From: Nitrosomonas europaea
GTDB taxonomy: Bacteria > Pseudomonadota > Gammaproteobacteria > Burkholderiales > Nitrosomonadaceae
Assembly: GCF_900167395.1 (NCBI RefSeq)
Contig: NZ_FUWK01000040.1
Location: 1 to 24,675, forward strand
Direction: 5' to 3'
DNA length: 24,675 nucleotides
Shown piece after piece: positions 1 to 7,458 of this stretch. Position numbers and translations under genes: made by a program. The notes beneath the pieces were generated by a model, which saw nothing but the letters and a program-made list of their open reading frames with translations, made no database searches and was not told the DNA's origin. How positions within the stretch are numbered: the stretch's first letter is position 1; the number at the start of each line of letters is the position of its first letter.

Positions 1-568
1 ACAGCTTCCATTCCCTGTTTTTCCGCCTGTTCAACAATGGCATTACTGTCATAGCCACGATCTGCCAGCAGATGATCTGCATCAATCCCTTCGATCAGGC
101 GGCCAGCCTGCGTGCAATCAGCAGTGGTACCTTGTGTAACAAGGATTCTGACCGGCATACCATGCGCATCCACGGCCAGATGTATCTTGGTGTTGAGCCC
201 CCTTTTGTCCGATTCATATCCTGATTACCTCCTCTGGCTCCACTGGCGTGTGGATGAACTTTACAGTGACTGGCATCCATTATCAGCCATTCATAATCTG
301 GATCATCAATCAGGATTTCCAGCAATTTTTCCCAGATACCTTTGTCACGCCAGCGAATGAAACGGCGATGAGTATTGCTCCAACCCCCGTAGTCCGGCGG
401 TAAATCCCTCCATGGGGCTCCTGTCCGTATAATCCAGAAAACAGCATTGATAAACTGACGATTATCTGTGGCCACCCCTCCCCATGCCCCTTCTCGGCCT
501 GGTAAATGCCCCTCAAGTAGCGACCATATCCTATCTGAAATATCATGCCTGCGATGTGAATGTGTCAT
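1..568 (-). CDS. IS5-family DDE transposase, OrfA/OrfB in two frames, C-terminus outside the window
   Basis: ORF 95-568 (MTHSHRRHDISDRIW...GAPWRDLP...) is the N-terminal DNA-binding part. The reverse complement of 1-203 in the -1 frame reads KRGLNTKIHLAVDAHGMPVRILVTQGTTADCTQAGRLIEGIDADHLLADRGYDSNAIVEQAEKQGMEAV, a DDE region. The frames meet at an A4G5 run (198-208), as in frameshift-dependent IS427-group elements. Confidence 0.8.
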
Positions 569-630
569 GCGAGTCCCTTTAATTTCTTAAAAGGATCTCA
601 TATTTCTTATCTCATGACTACACTATCTAG
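1..630 (-). mobile_element. IS5-family (IS427/IS1031-like) insertion sequence, partial; continues past the window start; inner end approximate
   Basis: Transposase frames run on the minus strand from 568 down to 1, with about 60 bp of non-coding IS end after the ATG. The adjacent + strand ORF (618-956) lacks a start codon, consistent with insertional truncation. CTAG at 627-630 is a plausible IS5-type target, but the exact terminus cannot be determined. Confidence 0.75.
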
Positions 631-956
631 AAACGAGTGATTTAATTGGGTGTTTGGGCTGGGGGCAACCCGAAATAGAAAAACACACTATTGCGCAACT
701 ATTAGCGAAAGAATTGCCCGAACCTGAAAGTGGACGGGTACCTATTTATATTTGTCCTGAGTGTGGTGATCTTGGGTGTGGCGCTGTAACTGCAAGAATA
801 GATGAAGAAGCAGACAGTTATATATGGTCAAATTTTGCATTCGAAAACAATTACGAAGGTACTATTGAACTATATAGTGAAGTTGGCCCATTTTCCTTTA
901 ACAAAGTTGCATATAGCAAAATCTTGAAAAAGAGGAGAACAGAAATTGCAGCATGA
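618..956 (+). pseudogene. 5'-truncated cassette ORF, hypothetical protein with CPECGDLGCG motif
   Basis: The frame is open from 618 right at the IS boundary with no ATG; the ORF track starts at a TTG at 654. The stop TGA (954-956) lies inside the first box of the following attC-like site. Confidence 0.5.
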
Positions 957-1028
957 CATGGCGCTAAACCTCGCTCCCTTCGGTCGATGGACGGCACTAA
1001 AGCACCGCCGGTTAGCTCTACGTTAGAA
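951..1028 (+). other. attC-like recombination site 1 (78 bp)
   Basis: GCATGAC (951-957, contains the upstream TGA stop) ... GCGCTAAACC pairs with GGTTAGC, leaving one extra A on the 5' arm ... GTTAGAA (1022-1028) sits 6 nt before ATG 1035. Both ends are homologous to the site at 3400-3483 (GCGCTAAACCTCGCTC vs GCGCTCAACACCGCTC; CCGCCGGTTAGCTCTACGTTAG vs CCGCCGTTAACTAATCGTTAAG). Confidence 0.6.
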
Positions 1029-1034
1029 GGCATT

Positions 1035-1517
1035 ATGAATACAGCACCCGAGTTGATCATTGCACGCAAGGCCATTGCCAAAATAGCTATTCGCTTTCCT
1101 TCTCTCACAATGATAGAAGAACCCACCGTACCAGTCGAACTAAGTATTCGTTTACCCGTGCAACCCGGACTAAATTACGAAGTTTGGCTTGCACTTCAAA
1201 ACAACGATGAACTTCATTTCTCAGTCGGAAATTTCTGGCTGGAGTGGTTTCCGTGTACAGAATCATCGCGCGTAAAGGAATATATTTCAGCTGTCACTGG
1301 CTTTTTATCCAGCCAATATCGTGTCTTGGAGCACTATCGTGGCAAACACTGCGTGAAAGCAGAGCTTCAAGCCCCAAGTGGCGGTGACTGGAAGACCGTT
1401 GGCACGTGGAGCAATCTTCTCAGTTTCCTGCCGCTACGCAGCTCTCTACGCGAGGTAAGCAATACCCAACCTATCATTCCACCGGACCTGCCGCAGCAAG
1501 CCGCACCCGATCGGTAA
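1035..1517 (+). CDS. hypothetical protein (cassette ORF)
   Basis: In-frame ATG at 1035 (MNTAPELIIARK...) within ORF 987-1517, starting 6 nt after the GTTAGAA core. No recognisable motif. Confidence 0.55.
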   Translation: MNTAPELIIARKAIAKIAIRFPSLTMIEEPTVPVELSIRLPVQPGLNYEVWLALQNNDELHFSVGNFWLEWFPCTESSRVKEYISAVTGFLSSQYRVLEHYRGKHCVKAELQAPSGGDWKTVGTWSNLLSFLPLRSSLREVSNTQPIIPPDLPQQAAPDR

Positions 1518-1532
1518 ATTCAGACATTAGTG
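1464..1532 (+). other. attC-like site 2 (69 bp), core G mutated
   Basis: ACCCAAC (1464-1470, perfect RYYYAAC) ... ATTCCACCGG pairs with CGGTAAAT, with an extra base on the 5' arm ... ATTAGTG (1526-1532), where the usual G is an A. The 3' arm CACCCGATCGGTAAATTCAGACATTAG aligns with the 3' arm of site 1. ATG 1540 follows after 7 nt. Confidence 0.45.
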
Positions 1533-1539
1533 CTCCCAA

Positions 1540-2064
1540 ATGGACTTCGATACATTCCGTCCGATTCTCAGTGGCCTGGTTGGCGGCTTGGTGGTTTATT
1601 TGCTTACTTATTCTGGCCGCAAGCCTGCAGCAACTGAAGGAGGAAGAAGGCTGTTGATTTATGGCCTCGGGATTAGAATCTTTACAGCCATTTTGATACC
1701 AAGCTCTCTATTCATTGCTTATGCCGCAGCTCATGCTCATCCAGACCAAGCAATTCTTGCGGTATGCATCGCCGCTGCATTCTTCTCTTATCAGGTATTT
1801 TTTGTCTCTCTGGCTTACGACAACGACAACATTTACTACCGAAGCCCAATTGGAGGAAACCATGTCATACCATGGCCGGATGTAGTCGAAGTTGGTTATT
1901 CGTGGCTTATGCAGAGCTACTATCTCCGGACGAAGCAAGTCCGGCGTATCTGGTGCTCAAATATGCTGCGTGGCTACAATGAGCTGGAGGAATTCATTCC
2001 GAAAAAAGCGGACAAGCTGTTTCATCCAGAGCTGAAGAGCTATAGCGAAGCTCATATAAATTGA
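1540..2064 (+). CDS. hypothetical integral membrane protein (cassette ORF); C-terminal tail altered by IS630 insertion
   Basis: There are several hydrophobic stretches (LSGLVGGLVVYLLTY, IRIFTAILIPSSLFIAYAAA, AILAVCIAAAFFSYQVFFV). Removing the IS and one TA copy restores ...CCA GAG CTG AAG AGC TAA, so the last 7 codons (YSEAHIN) are IS-derived. Confidence 0.65.
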   Translation: MDFDTFRPILSGLVGGLVVYLLTYSGRKPAATEGGRRLLIYGLGIRIFTAILIPSSLFIAYAAAHAHPDQAILAVCIAAAFFSYQVFFVSLAYDNDNIYYRSPIGGNHVIPWPDVVEVGYSWLMQSYYLRTKQVRRIWCSNMLRGYNELEEFIPKKADKLFHPELKSYSEAHIN

Positions 2065-2916
2065 TTATAATTTATAGATGACTTATCCCATTTCATTTCG
2101 CCGCAAAGTTTTATCTGTTCGAGAGAAGGAAGGACTCACCATAGCGCAAACGGCGGCTCGTTTTTGTGTGGGGATTGCCAGCGTAACACGCTGGATAAAA
2201 AATCCCGTTCCTAAAGAGAGCCGTAACAAACCGGCAACGAAGATCGACATGGCTGCGCTGGCCCATGATGTACGGGAATTTCCAGACGCCTATCAGGCCG
2301 AACGAGCTCGTCGACTGGGTGTAAGCGAAAAAGGTATCGGTCACGCACTGCGGCGTATGCACATCAGCTATAAAAAAAACACTGCAGCACCCCAAAGCGG
2401 ACGAAGACAAACGGCACACCTTCCAGGAGACGATTAAGGCGTATCAAGCTCAAAACCGCGTTATCGTCTATATTGACGAAAGTGGTTTTGCTCACGATAT
2501 GCCACGAACACATGGGTATGCACCCATTGGTAAACGGTGTCACGGCAAGTGTAATTGGCACGCGAGAGGCCGTATCAATGTCATCGGTGCATTGATAGGC
2601 AAATGTCTTCTGACGGTGGGATTATTCAAAAATAATATCGATGCAGATACTTTTTTAGGCTGGACGATACACGATCTGTTGCCAAAACTCCCACCTGCAT
2701 CGATTGTGGTCATGGATAACGCAACTTTCCGTAAAAGACAGGATATTCAAAATGTAATCACACGAGGCGGGCACACGCTTGAATATCTGCCAGCGTATTC
2801 ACCTGACCTTAATCCCATTGAGCACAAATGGGCACAAACCAAAGCAGTCAGAAAACAACAAAACCAAACCGTTGAGCAACTCTTTAAGATCGAATCATTT
2901 TATGTGACGTAGGCTA
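2043..2916 (+). mobile_element. IS630-family insertion sequence (874 bp) flanked by a TA duplication
   Basis: Terminal inverted repeats TAGCGAAGCTCATATAAATTGATT (2043-) and the reverse complement of 2916 backwards, TAGCCTACGTCACATAAAATGATT, match at about 24/33 positions counting the TA. TA is at 2041-2042 and 2917-2918, and the transposase lies inside. Confidence 0.8.
2078..2912 (+). CDS. IS630-family transposase, two frames joined at an A8 run
   Basis: ORF 2078-2437 is the HTH part; ORF 2499-2912 holds the DDE part (VYIDESGF...VVMDNATFRK...LPAYSPDLNPIEHKW). The second frame is already open from the A8 run at 2372-2379 (KKKTLQHPKADEDKRHTFQETIKAYQAQNRVIVYIDESGF). A +1/-2 shift, transcriptional slippage, or a 1-nt mutation is needed to join them. 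Confidence 0.8.
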
Positions 2917-2976
2917 TAACATCTCAGTCAACCCAAACACGCGAAAGTGCGCTGGTGACTTCAACCGTTATGCAAC
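2917..2976 (+). other. attC-like site 3, 3' portion (5' end AGCTA at 2038-2042 separated by the IS630 element)
   Basis: The reconstructed 60-bp site is AGCTAAC ATCTC AGTCAACC ... GGTGACT TCAACC GTTATGC. AGTCAACC pairs with GGTGACT, leaving one extra A on the 5' arm. GTTATGC (2970-2976) lies 12 nt before ATG 2989. Confidence 0.6.
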
Positions 2977-2988
2977 AGGAATCAGCCA

Positions 2989-3405
2989 ATGTTCAAACCA
3001 GTAGTACAAGAAGAAGTCACCGGATGCGGAATCGCATCGGTTGCCAATATTCTGGGTAAAACGTATTCAGAGATGAAGACCATAGCCAACGCCATGGGCA
3101 TCCATGCCTCGGATCAATCGCTGTGGTCGGATACCCAATACGTCCGACGTATGCTGTCTGGTGCTGGTGTTGAAACTTCCGAAGATGAAGTTCCGTTCGA
3201 ATCCTGGGATGCATTACCCGATCTGGCGTTGTTATCCATCAAGCATCATCAGGAAGAAGGCAAAGCTTTCTGGCACTGGGTTGTGTTCAAGCGTATGGAT
3301 GGTCAATCGTTCGTGCTGGATTCAGCCAGCTACCTGCCTTCCAATATCCGCCAGGATTTCGACGCTATGCAGCCTAAATGGTTTATCGAGGTCAAAAATG
3401 CGTAA
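2989..3405 (+). CDS. peptidase C39-like (papain-fold cysteine peptidase) domain protein
   Basis: N-terminal VTGCGIASVANIL (candidate catalytic Cys) and downstream FWHWVVF (candidate His), in a 138-aa protein. This is the same layout as bacteriocin-processing C39 domains. Assigned by eye only. Confidence 0.55.
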   Translation: MFKPVVQEEVTGCGIASVANILGKTYSEMKTIANAMGIHASDQSLWSDTQYVRRMLSGAGVETSEDEVPFESWDALPDLALLSIKHHQEEGKAFWHWVVFKRMDGQSFVLDSASYLPSNIRQDFDAMQPKWFIEVKNA

Positions 3406-3483
3406 CAATGCGCTCAACACCGCTCTTTTCGTTCGCTGGACAGCAAAAATACGCCTTTATCCGCCGTTAACTAATCGTTAAGC
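3400..3483 (+). other. attC-like site 4 (84 bp)
   Basis: GCGTAAC (3400-3406, contains the TAA stop of the peptidase gene) and GTTAAGC (3477-3483) are complementary at 6/7 positions. The arms GCTCAAC / GTTAAC are imperfect, with a central GCTG-GA-CAGC stem. ATG 3493 follows after 9 nt. Confidence 0.7.
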
Positions 3484-3492
3484 GCCGCAACG

Positions 3493-3996
3493 ATGCATTG
3501 CCGTAGTTTTCCTCCGATTGCAAGCCCAGGCTCATGGGTATTGATTCTTGGCACGATGCCCGGGAAAGTTTCACTTCGTGAGCAGCAGTATTATGCTCAC
3601 CCGCAAAACCTCTTCTGGAGAATCACTGCGGAGATTCTCGGTTTCGATGCCACAAGCGCATATCCTCTACGCGTATCTTCGCTAAAGGATCATGGCGTTG
3701 CGCTCTGGGATGTGCTGCAGTCATGTACGCGCGAAAGCAGTCTGGATGCTGATATCGTAGCGCATACGATCGTGCCAAACGATTTCGGTCGCTTTTTCAC
3801 GGCCTGTCCTGACATCCGACGGGTGTGTTTTAACGGTGCGAAGGCAGCAGCACTGTATGCCCGACATGTCAAACCGTTCTTACAAGACGCTCCCACAGTC
3901 GAGTATGTGCAGCTTCCCTCCACAAGTCCGGCGAATGCTGCTATTCCGCGAGCCGATAAGCTCCGCGCGTGGAGTGTCATTAAGCATAACGCCTAA
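3493..3996 (+). CDS. DNA-deoxyinosine (hypoxanthine) glycosylase, UDG superfamily family-6-like
   Basis: LILGTMPGKVSLREQQYYAHPQNLFWRI near the N-terminus and ~165 aa in size match my recollection of this family's signature (GxMPG..SL...QYYAHP.N.FW). Confidence 0.7.
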   Translation: MHCRSFPPIASPGSWVLILGTMPGKVSLREQQYYAHPQNLFWRITAEILGFDATSAYPLRVSSLKDHGVALWDVLQSCTRESSLDADIVAHTIVPNDFGRFFTACPDIRRVCFNGAKAAALYARHVKPFLQDAPTVEYVQLPSTSPANAAIPRADKLRAWSVIKHNA

Positions 3997-4040
3997 TCCG
4001 CGACTGGAGTCGGCGTGCTCCAGCGAATTTCAGCAGGACA
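3991..4040 (+). other. possible decayed attC or simple hairpin
   Basis: GCCTAAT (3991-3997) contains the TAA stop but has AAT instead of AAC. It is followed by a CGACTGGAG-N8-CTCCAGCG stem (4001-4025). No GTT core exists anywhere between 3996 and 4095. Confidence 0.25.
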
Positions 4041-4094
4041 CTTCACCATAAAGCAGCGCCTTTTCAACTTTTTACGATAAACCGGAGAAAAGAT

Positions 4095-4412
4095 ATGCGC
4101 CTCTTGATCGTTTTTTTACTGTTGTTGCCACTGCCTTCGCTGGCATTGCCACAGTGCGGATCAGAAGCCATTTTGCAGGCCCAAAAGCTCCTTTCCTTTC
4201 ATGTCGATGGTGATGACCGTGCACACGTCGATCCGAAAGCAATTGCTCTGCCATCTATCCGCAACCCGGCCAACAGGAAACAGAAGTTCCTGGTGCTTGA
4301 AGTTGACGGTACAGTTTACAAAAGTAAATACCGTATGCGGCTGATCTACTACCCGCTCGGTAGCGAATGCGTGCTCATGGGCCAGGAGATCCTGGAGCTC
4401 GCATCCCTGTAA
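4095..4412 (+). CDS. small secreted protein, hypothetical
   Basis: Signal-peptide-like N-terminus MRLLIVFLLLLPLPSLALPQ; GGAG sits 8 nt upstream of the ATG. Confidence 0.6.
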   Translation: MRLLIVFLLLLPLPSLALPQCGSEAILQAQKLLSFHVDGDDRAHVDPKAIALPSIRNPANRKQKFLVLEVDGTVYKSKYRMRLIYYPLGSECVLMGQEILELASL

Positions 4413-4422
4413 TGAAGCTGCG

Positions 4423-4482
4423 GCCTGACAATTCGTCCAGGCTGATGCCGCCTCGCAAAGTGACTTAATTCGAGTGTTATCT
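4423..4482 (+). other. attC-like site 6 (60 bp), probably decayed
   Basis: GCCTGAC AATTC GTCCAGGC ... GACTTAATTC GAGT GTTATCT. From memory it aligns without gaps at roughly 70% identity to the classic 60-bp aadA1 attC; this is unverified. The internal L-box complementarity is poor. Confidence 0.5.
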
Positions 4483-4508
4483 GGTATCTGGTTACCGCAC
4501 ACACAGTC

Positions 4509-4552
4509 TTGCATACTCCAAATAAGATGCTAATATAAGCGCTTTATTTGGA
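4509..4552 (+). promoter_or_regulatory. sigma-70-type promoter with flanking inverted repeat (putative antitoxin operator) for stbDE copy 1
   Basis: TTGCAT (4509-4514), 16 nt, TAATAT (4531-4536). TCCAAATAA (4517-4525) and TTATTTGGA (4544-4552) form a 9-bp inverted repeat bracketing the -10. Confidence 0.5.
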
Positions 4553-4568
4553 CCTCATTGGAGTATTT

Positions 4569-4820
4569 ATGCACCAAATACTGGCTTCATTTAGCGCAAG
4601 CATCTCTGAATTAAAGAAAAATCCAACAGCTTTGTTAAGAAAAGCCGAAGGGGAAACTATCGCTATTCTCAACCATAACCTGCCAACCGCTTACCTTGTT
4701 CCAGCCGAGGTATACGAGTTGTTGATGGAGAAATTGGAAGATTATGAATTAGGCGAAATTGTTAAGGCCAGGCAAGCGGAAAAACATTTGGCAATTGAAG
4801 TATCGCTTGATGACTTATAA
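4569..4820 (+). CDS. stbD: type II antitoxin, Phd/YefM-StbD family
   Basis: MHQILASFSASISELKKNPTALL...AILNHNLPTAYLVPAEVYE; GGAG lies 6 nt upstream of ATG 4569; it overlaps the toxin start by 11 nt. Confidence 0.85.
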   Translation: MHQILASFSASISELKKNPTALLRKAEGETIAILNHNLPTAYLVPAEVYELLMEKLEDYELGEIVKARQAEKHLAIEVSLDDL

Positions 4821-5100
4821 ATTAAAATTTTTGCCAAGTGCAAAAAAAGAGTGGGATAAACTGGACAGCAGCATCAAAACCCAATTTAAAAACAAATTAA
4901 AAAAATGCCTGGAAAATCCTCATATTCAGCCTAATAAACTACGTGGTTTTGATAACGCTTATAAAATCAAACTCCGCTCTGCAGGTTATCGGCTTGTTTA
5001 TGAAATCAATAATCAGGAAGTCGTTGTTTTCGTTATCGCTGTAGGCAAAAGGGAAAATAATAAGATTTACGATAAAGCAATCAACAGAACCAAAACTTAA
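4810..5100 (+). CDS. stbE: type II toxin, RelE/StbE (ParE/RelE superfamily)
   Basis: MTYKLKFLPSAKKEWDKLD...YKIKLRSAGYRLVYEINNQEVVVFVIAVGKRENNKIY. ATG 4810 is in the frame of ORF 4759-5100. Confidence 0.85.
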   Translation: MTYKLKFLPSAKKEWDKLDSSIKTQFKNKLKKCLENPHIQPNKLRGFDNAYKIKLRSAGYRLVYEINNQEVVVFVIAVGKRENNKIYDKAINRTKT

Positions 5101-5165
5101 CGCTTGCCCCGCTCACTATCCGGCTCCTGTCAGCCAGATTTCCAATATCAATAGGTATGTTGCGC
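5095..5165 (+). other. attC-like site 7 (71 bp), weak structure
   Basis: ACTTAAC (5095-5101, perfect RYYYAAC, contains the stbE TAA stop) ... central CCGGCT-N6-AGCCAG ... ATCAATAGG TAT GTTGCGC (5159-5165). The 3' end resembles the ATCAATAAC ACTT GTTATCT repeats at 21388-21409 and 22161-22182. The arms pair poorly. Confidence 0.4.
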
Positions 5166-5849
5166 AGAAGAACTTTTCTTTCCTGGAGTAGTGGCAAAGA
5201 CAGTGCATGGGCGCTTCATGTGCTGCGGCAAGATCCGCATGTCGATGTGATCGGGTTATTTTGCACAGTCAACAAAGTGTTTGATCGTGTTGTCATGCAT
5301 GGCGTAAGGGTGGCACTGCTACAGCAACAAGCGGAAAGTGCCGGTCTGCCGCTACACATCATCGAGATTCCCTATCCTTGCAGCAATGACGAATATGCAT
5401 CCGCCATGTCTGCGTTTGTTGATTCCGCCAGAAAGGAAAACATTGAGTGCTTTGCATTTGGCGATCTCCTGCTCGAAGATGTGCGTCAGTATCGGGAAGA
5501 TCGTCTGAATGGAACCGGGATAACACCCATTTTTCCGCTTTGGGGCATTCCAACAAAAACCCTCTCCCGGGAGATGGTGGCCGGTGGATTAAAGGCTGTG
5601 ATCACCTGCATTGATCCGAAACGTATTCCGGAGAGTTTCGCGGGCAGGGAGTACAACGAATCTTTTTTAGATGATATTCCGGGTAGCGTTGATCCTTGCG
5701 GTGAATATGGTGAGTTCCATACCTTCTCATTCGATGGGCCCATGTTTCAGAATCCGATAGACGTAGTGTTGGGAGAAACTGTCCATCGAGATGGTTTTGT
5801 ATTCACCGATCTGCTGTCACTCACATCCAGCACCGAGCCGACCCATTAG
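5157..5849 (+). CDS. PP-loop ATP pyrophosphatase, Dph6/MJ0570-like (adenine nucleotide alpha-hydrolase superfamily)
   Basis: N-terminal SWSSGKDS PP-loop, and a C-terminal CGEYGEFHTF motif typical of the DUF71/diphthine-ammonia-ligase-like family. Confidence 0.75.
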   Translation: MLRRRTFLSWSSGKDSAWALHVLRQDPHVDVIGLFCTVNKVFDRVVMHGVRVALLQQQAESAGLPLHIIEIPYPCSNDEYASAMSAFVDSARKENIECFAFGDLLLEDVRQYREDRLNGTGITPIFPLWGIPTKTLSREMVAGGLKAVITCIDPKRIPESFAGREYNESFLDDIPGSVDPCGEYGEFHTFSFDGPMFQNPIDVVLGETVHRDGFVFTDLLSLTSSTEPTH

Positions 5850-6143
5850 TTTTTGCTCACCCTCCTCTATTACCACAAATGAATTTCTCAATGTTTTCGA
5901 TACCTTTTCAAGATTCAGGATACTCTCCGATCATCGCCTGAGAATTGGCAATACCGTCATAAGCTGGCAAAATCTGCAATTTTCCGGATCTGGCTTCATT
6001 GTATGCTTACGCCATATCAGGTCTGGCTAAGGCATGATCCCATTTCCAGCCTCTATTTACTTGTCAAATAATCCGGTGGTAATCCCGCCTGCCGGCCAAG
6101 GAACTGAACCACGCCAGCGCCAACAGCCACAATCATTCTTACT

Positions 6144-7457
6144 ATGAAAGCTTTATTTTTTCTGCGCCATTACAACGATATCGATCACATCACGCCGGTA
6201 ATTTCAAAATGGTCAGAATCTGGTCATGAAAGTCTCGTAGTTCTGCTGGGCCGTCCCAAATTTCTCAAGGATTATCGCATCAAGTTCCTGAGCACGCTCG
6301 ACCGCGTTCGAGTCGCCCCTATCCGGCGTTTGCTATCCCCGCTGAAGTTTATGCAATGGCGCCTGCAGACACTTCTCCTGAACAGAAGCGTGAAGCGCCT
6401 TTTTCTGATTGGCAAACTTATCGAGAAGTTGGCCCGAAAATATGATGCTCAAAAACGTACAGCAGTCTGGCAAAGCACTGCCGGACGGTTGCTGGAGCAT
6501 GGCTTCAGCGATGGGAATGAAGGTGGAGTAGTTGTGTTCGACTGGATCACCAGCGATTCGCCTGTCCCGATCGAGTGGGTTGAAATCATCGTAACGATGG
6601 CAAGAACCATGGGCCTCGGCGCGGTATCTCTGCCGCATGGTGACAGCCCTCACGCCAGTCAGCTGATACGCCATCATGAATGGGTTCTGAAGCCGGATGC
6701 CTTGTACTCGGCTGCAAGAATATTCGACAAACTCGTAGTTCCCAACGAATTGTGTGCAACCCGTTTCCGGCCATTTCTGAGCAACGAGGCGATTGCCGTT
6801 CTGGGTTCACCACGCTACTGCGACGAATGGCTGGATAAACTTGCCACACTGTCACCAGCCCCCCGGTTAAAAACCAACCAGGACACCCGCCTCAGAATCG
6901 TCATGTTCCTGAGAAAAAGCGAATTCACCACATTCTGGGAAGAAGTCGGTGAAATCATTGGCATGATCGCCACATTTCCGGGAGTGGAACTGGTGATCAA
7001 GCCCCATACACGGGGAGGCTGGAGACAACCGCTGACTGGCAGCGCCTCTCTGCGCCAGCTTGCAAACGTACGTGTGGCAGAAGACAGCGAGCATTCGATT
7101 TCTCTGATGAATTGGGCCGATATCATCATCGATCTGGCTACTTCAGTGGTGTTTGAGGCTGTCAAGGCAAAAAAACCGGTGATGGCAGCCGATTATCTCC
7201 ACGCCGGCCGGTCTGCTCTGGCTCACTTCATGCCGGAAACAGAACTGAAATGCCGGGATGATGTGTACACAATGATCGACAGATTTTTAACCGCGGGATA
7301 CGATTCCTATTATGTGGAGGCGCATCGTCAGCGCTTCATCGAAGAAATGCTGCATGTCGGCGGCGCTGATGTCCTCCCGCGTTATGTCGCTCTCCTGGAA
7401 GAGCAGACAATGCGCAAGAAACCGGATCAGGCCAATAACACGAATACTCCTGAATAA
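6144..7457 (+). CDS. hypothetical glycan-biosynthesis protein, possible GT-B / capsule-synthesis (KpsS/TagF-like) transferase
   Basis: 437-aa ORF. FPGVELVIKPHTRGG and ADIIIDLATSVVFEAVKAKKPVM resemble, by eye, the C-terminal half of 14098-15513. Its stop lies 1 nt from the next ATG. Confidence 0.55.
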   Translation: MKALFFLRHYNDIDHITPVISKWSESGHESLVVLLGRPKFLKDYRIKFLSTLDRVRVAPIRRLLSPLKFMQWRLQTLLLNRSVKRLFLIGKLIEKLARKYDAQKRTAVWQSTAGRLLEHGFSDGNEGGVVVFDWITSDSPVPIEWVEIIVTMARTMGLGAVSLPHGDSPHASQLIRHHEWVLKPDALYSAARIFDKLVVPNELCATRFRPFLSNEAIAVLGSPRYCDEWLDKLATLSPAPRLKTNQDTRLRIVMFLRKSEFTTFWEEVGEIIGMIATFPGVELVIKPHTRGGWRQPLTGSASLRQLANVRVAEDSEHSISLMNWADIIIDLATSVVFEAVKAKKPVMAADYLHAGRSALAHFMPETELKCRDDVYTMIDRFLTAGYDSYYVEAHRQRFIEEMLHVGGADVLPRYVALLEEQTMRKKPDQANNTNTPE

Positions 7458-7458
7458 T

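Noticed and set aside
3991-4040. A full attC after the glycosylase gene
   Set aside because: The first box is GCCTAAT rather than ...AAC, and there is no GTT anywhere before the next gene. It is kept only as a low-confidence decayed site or hairpin.
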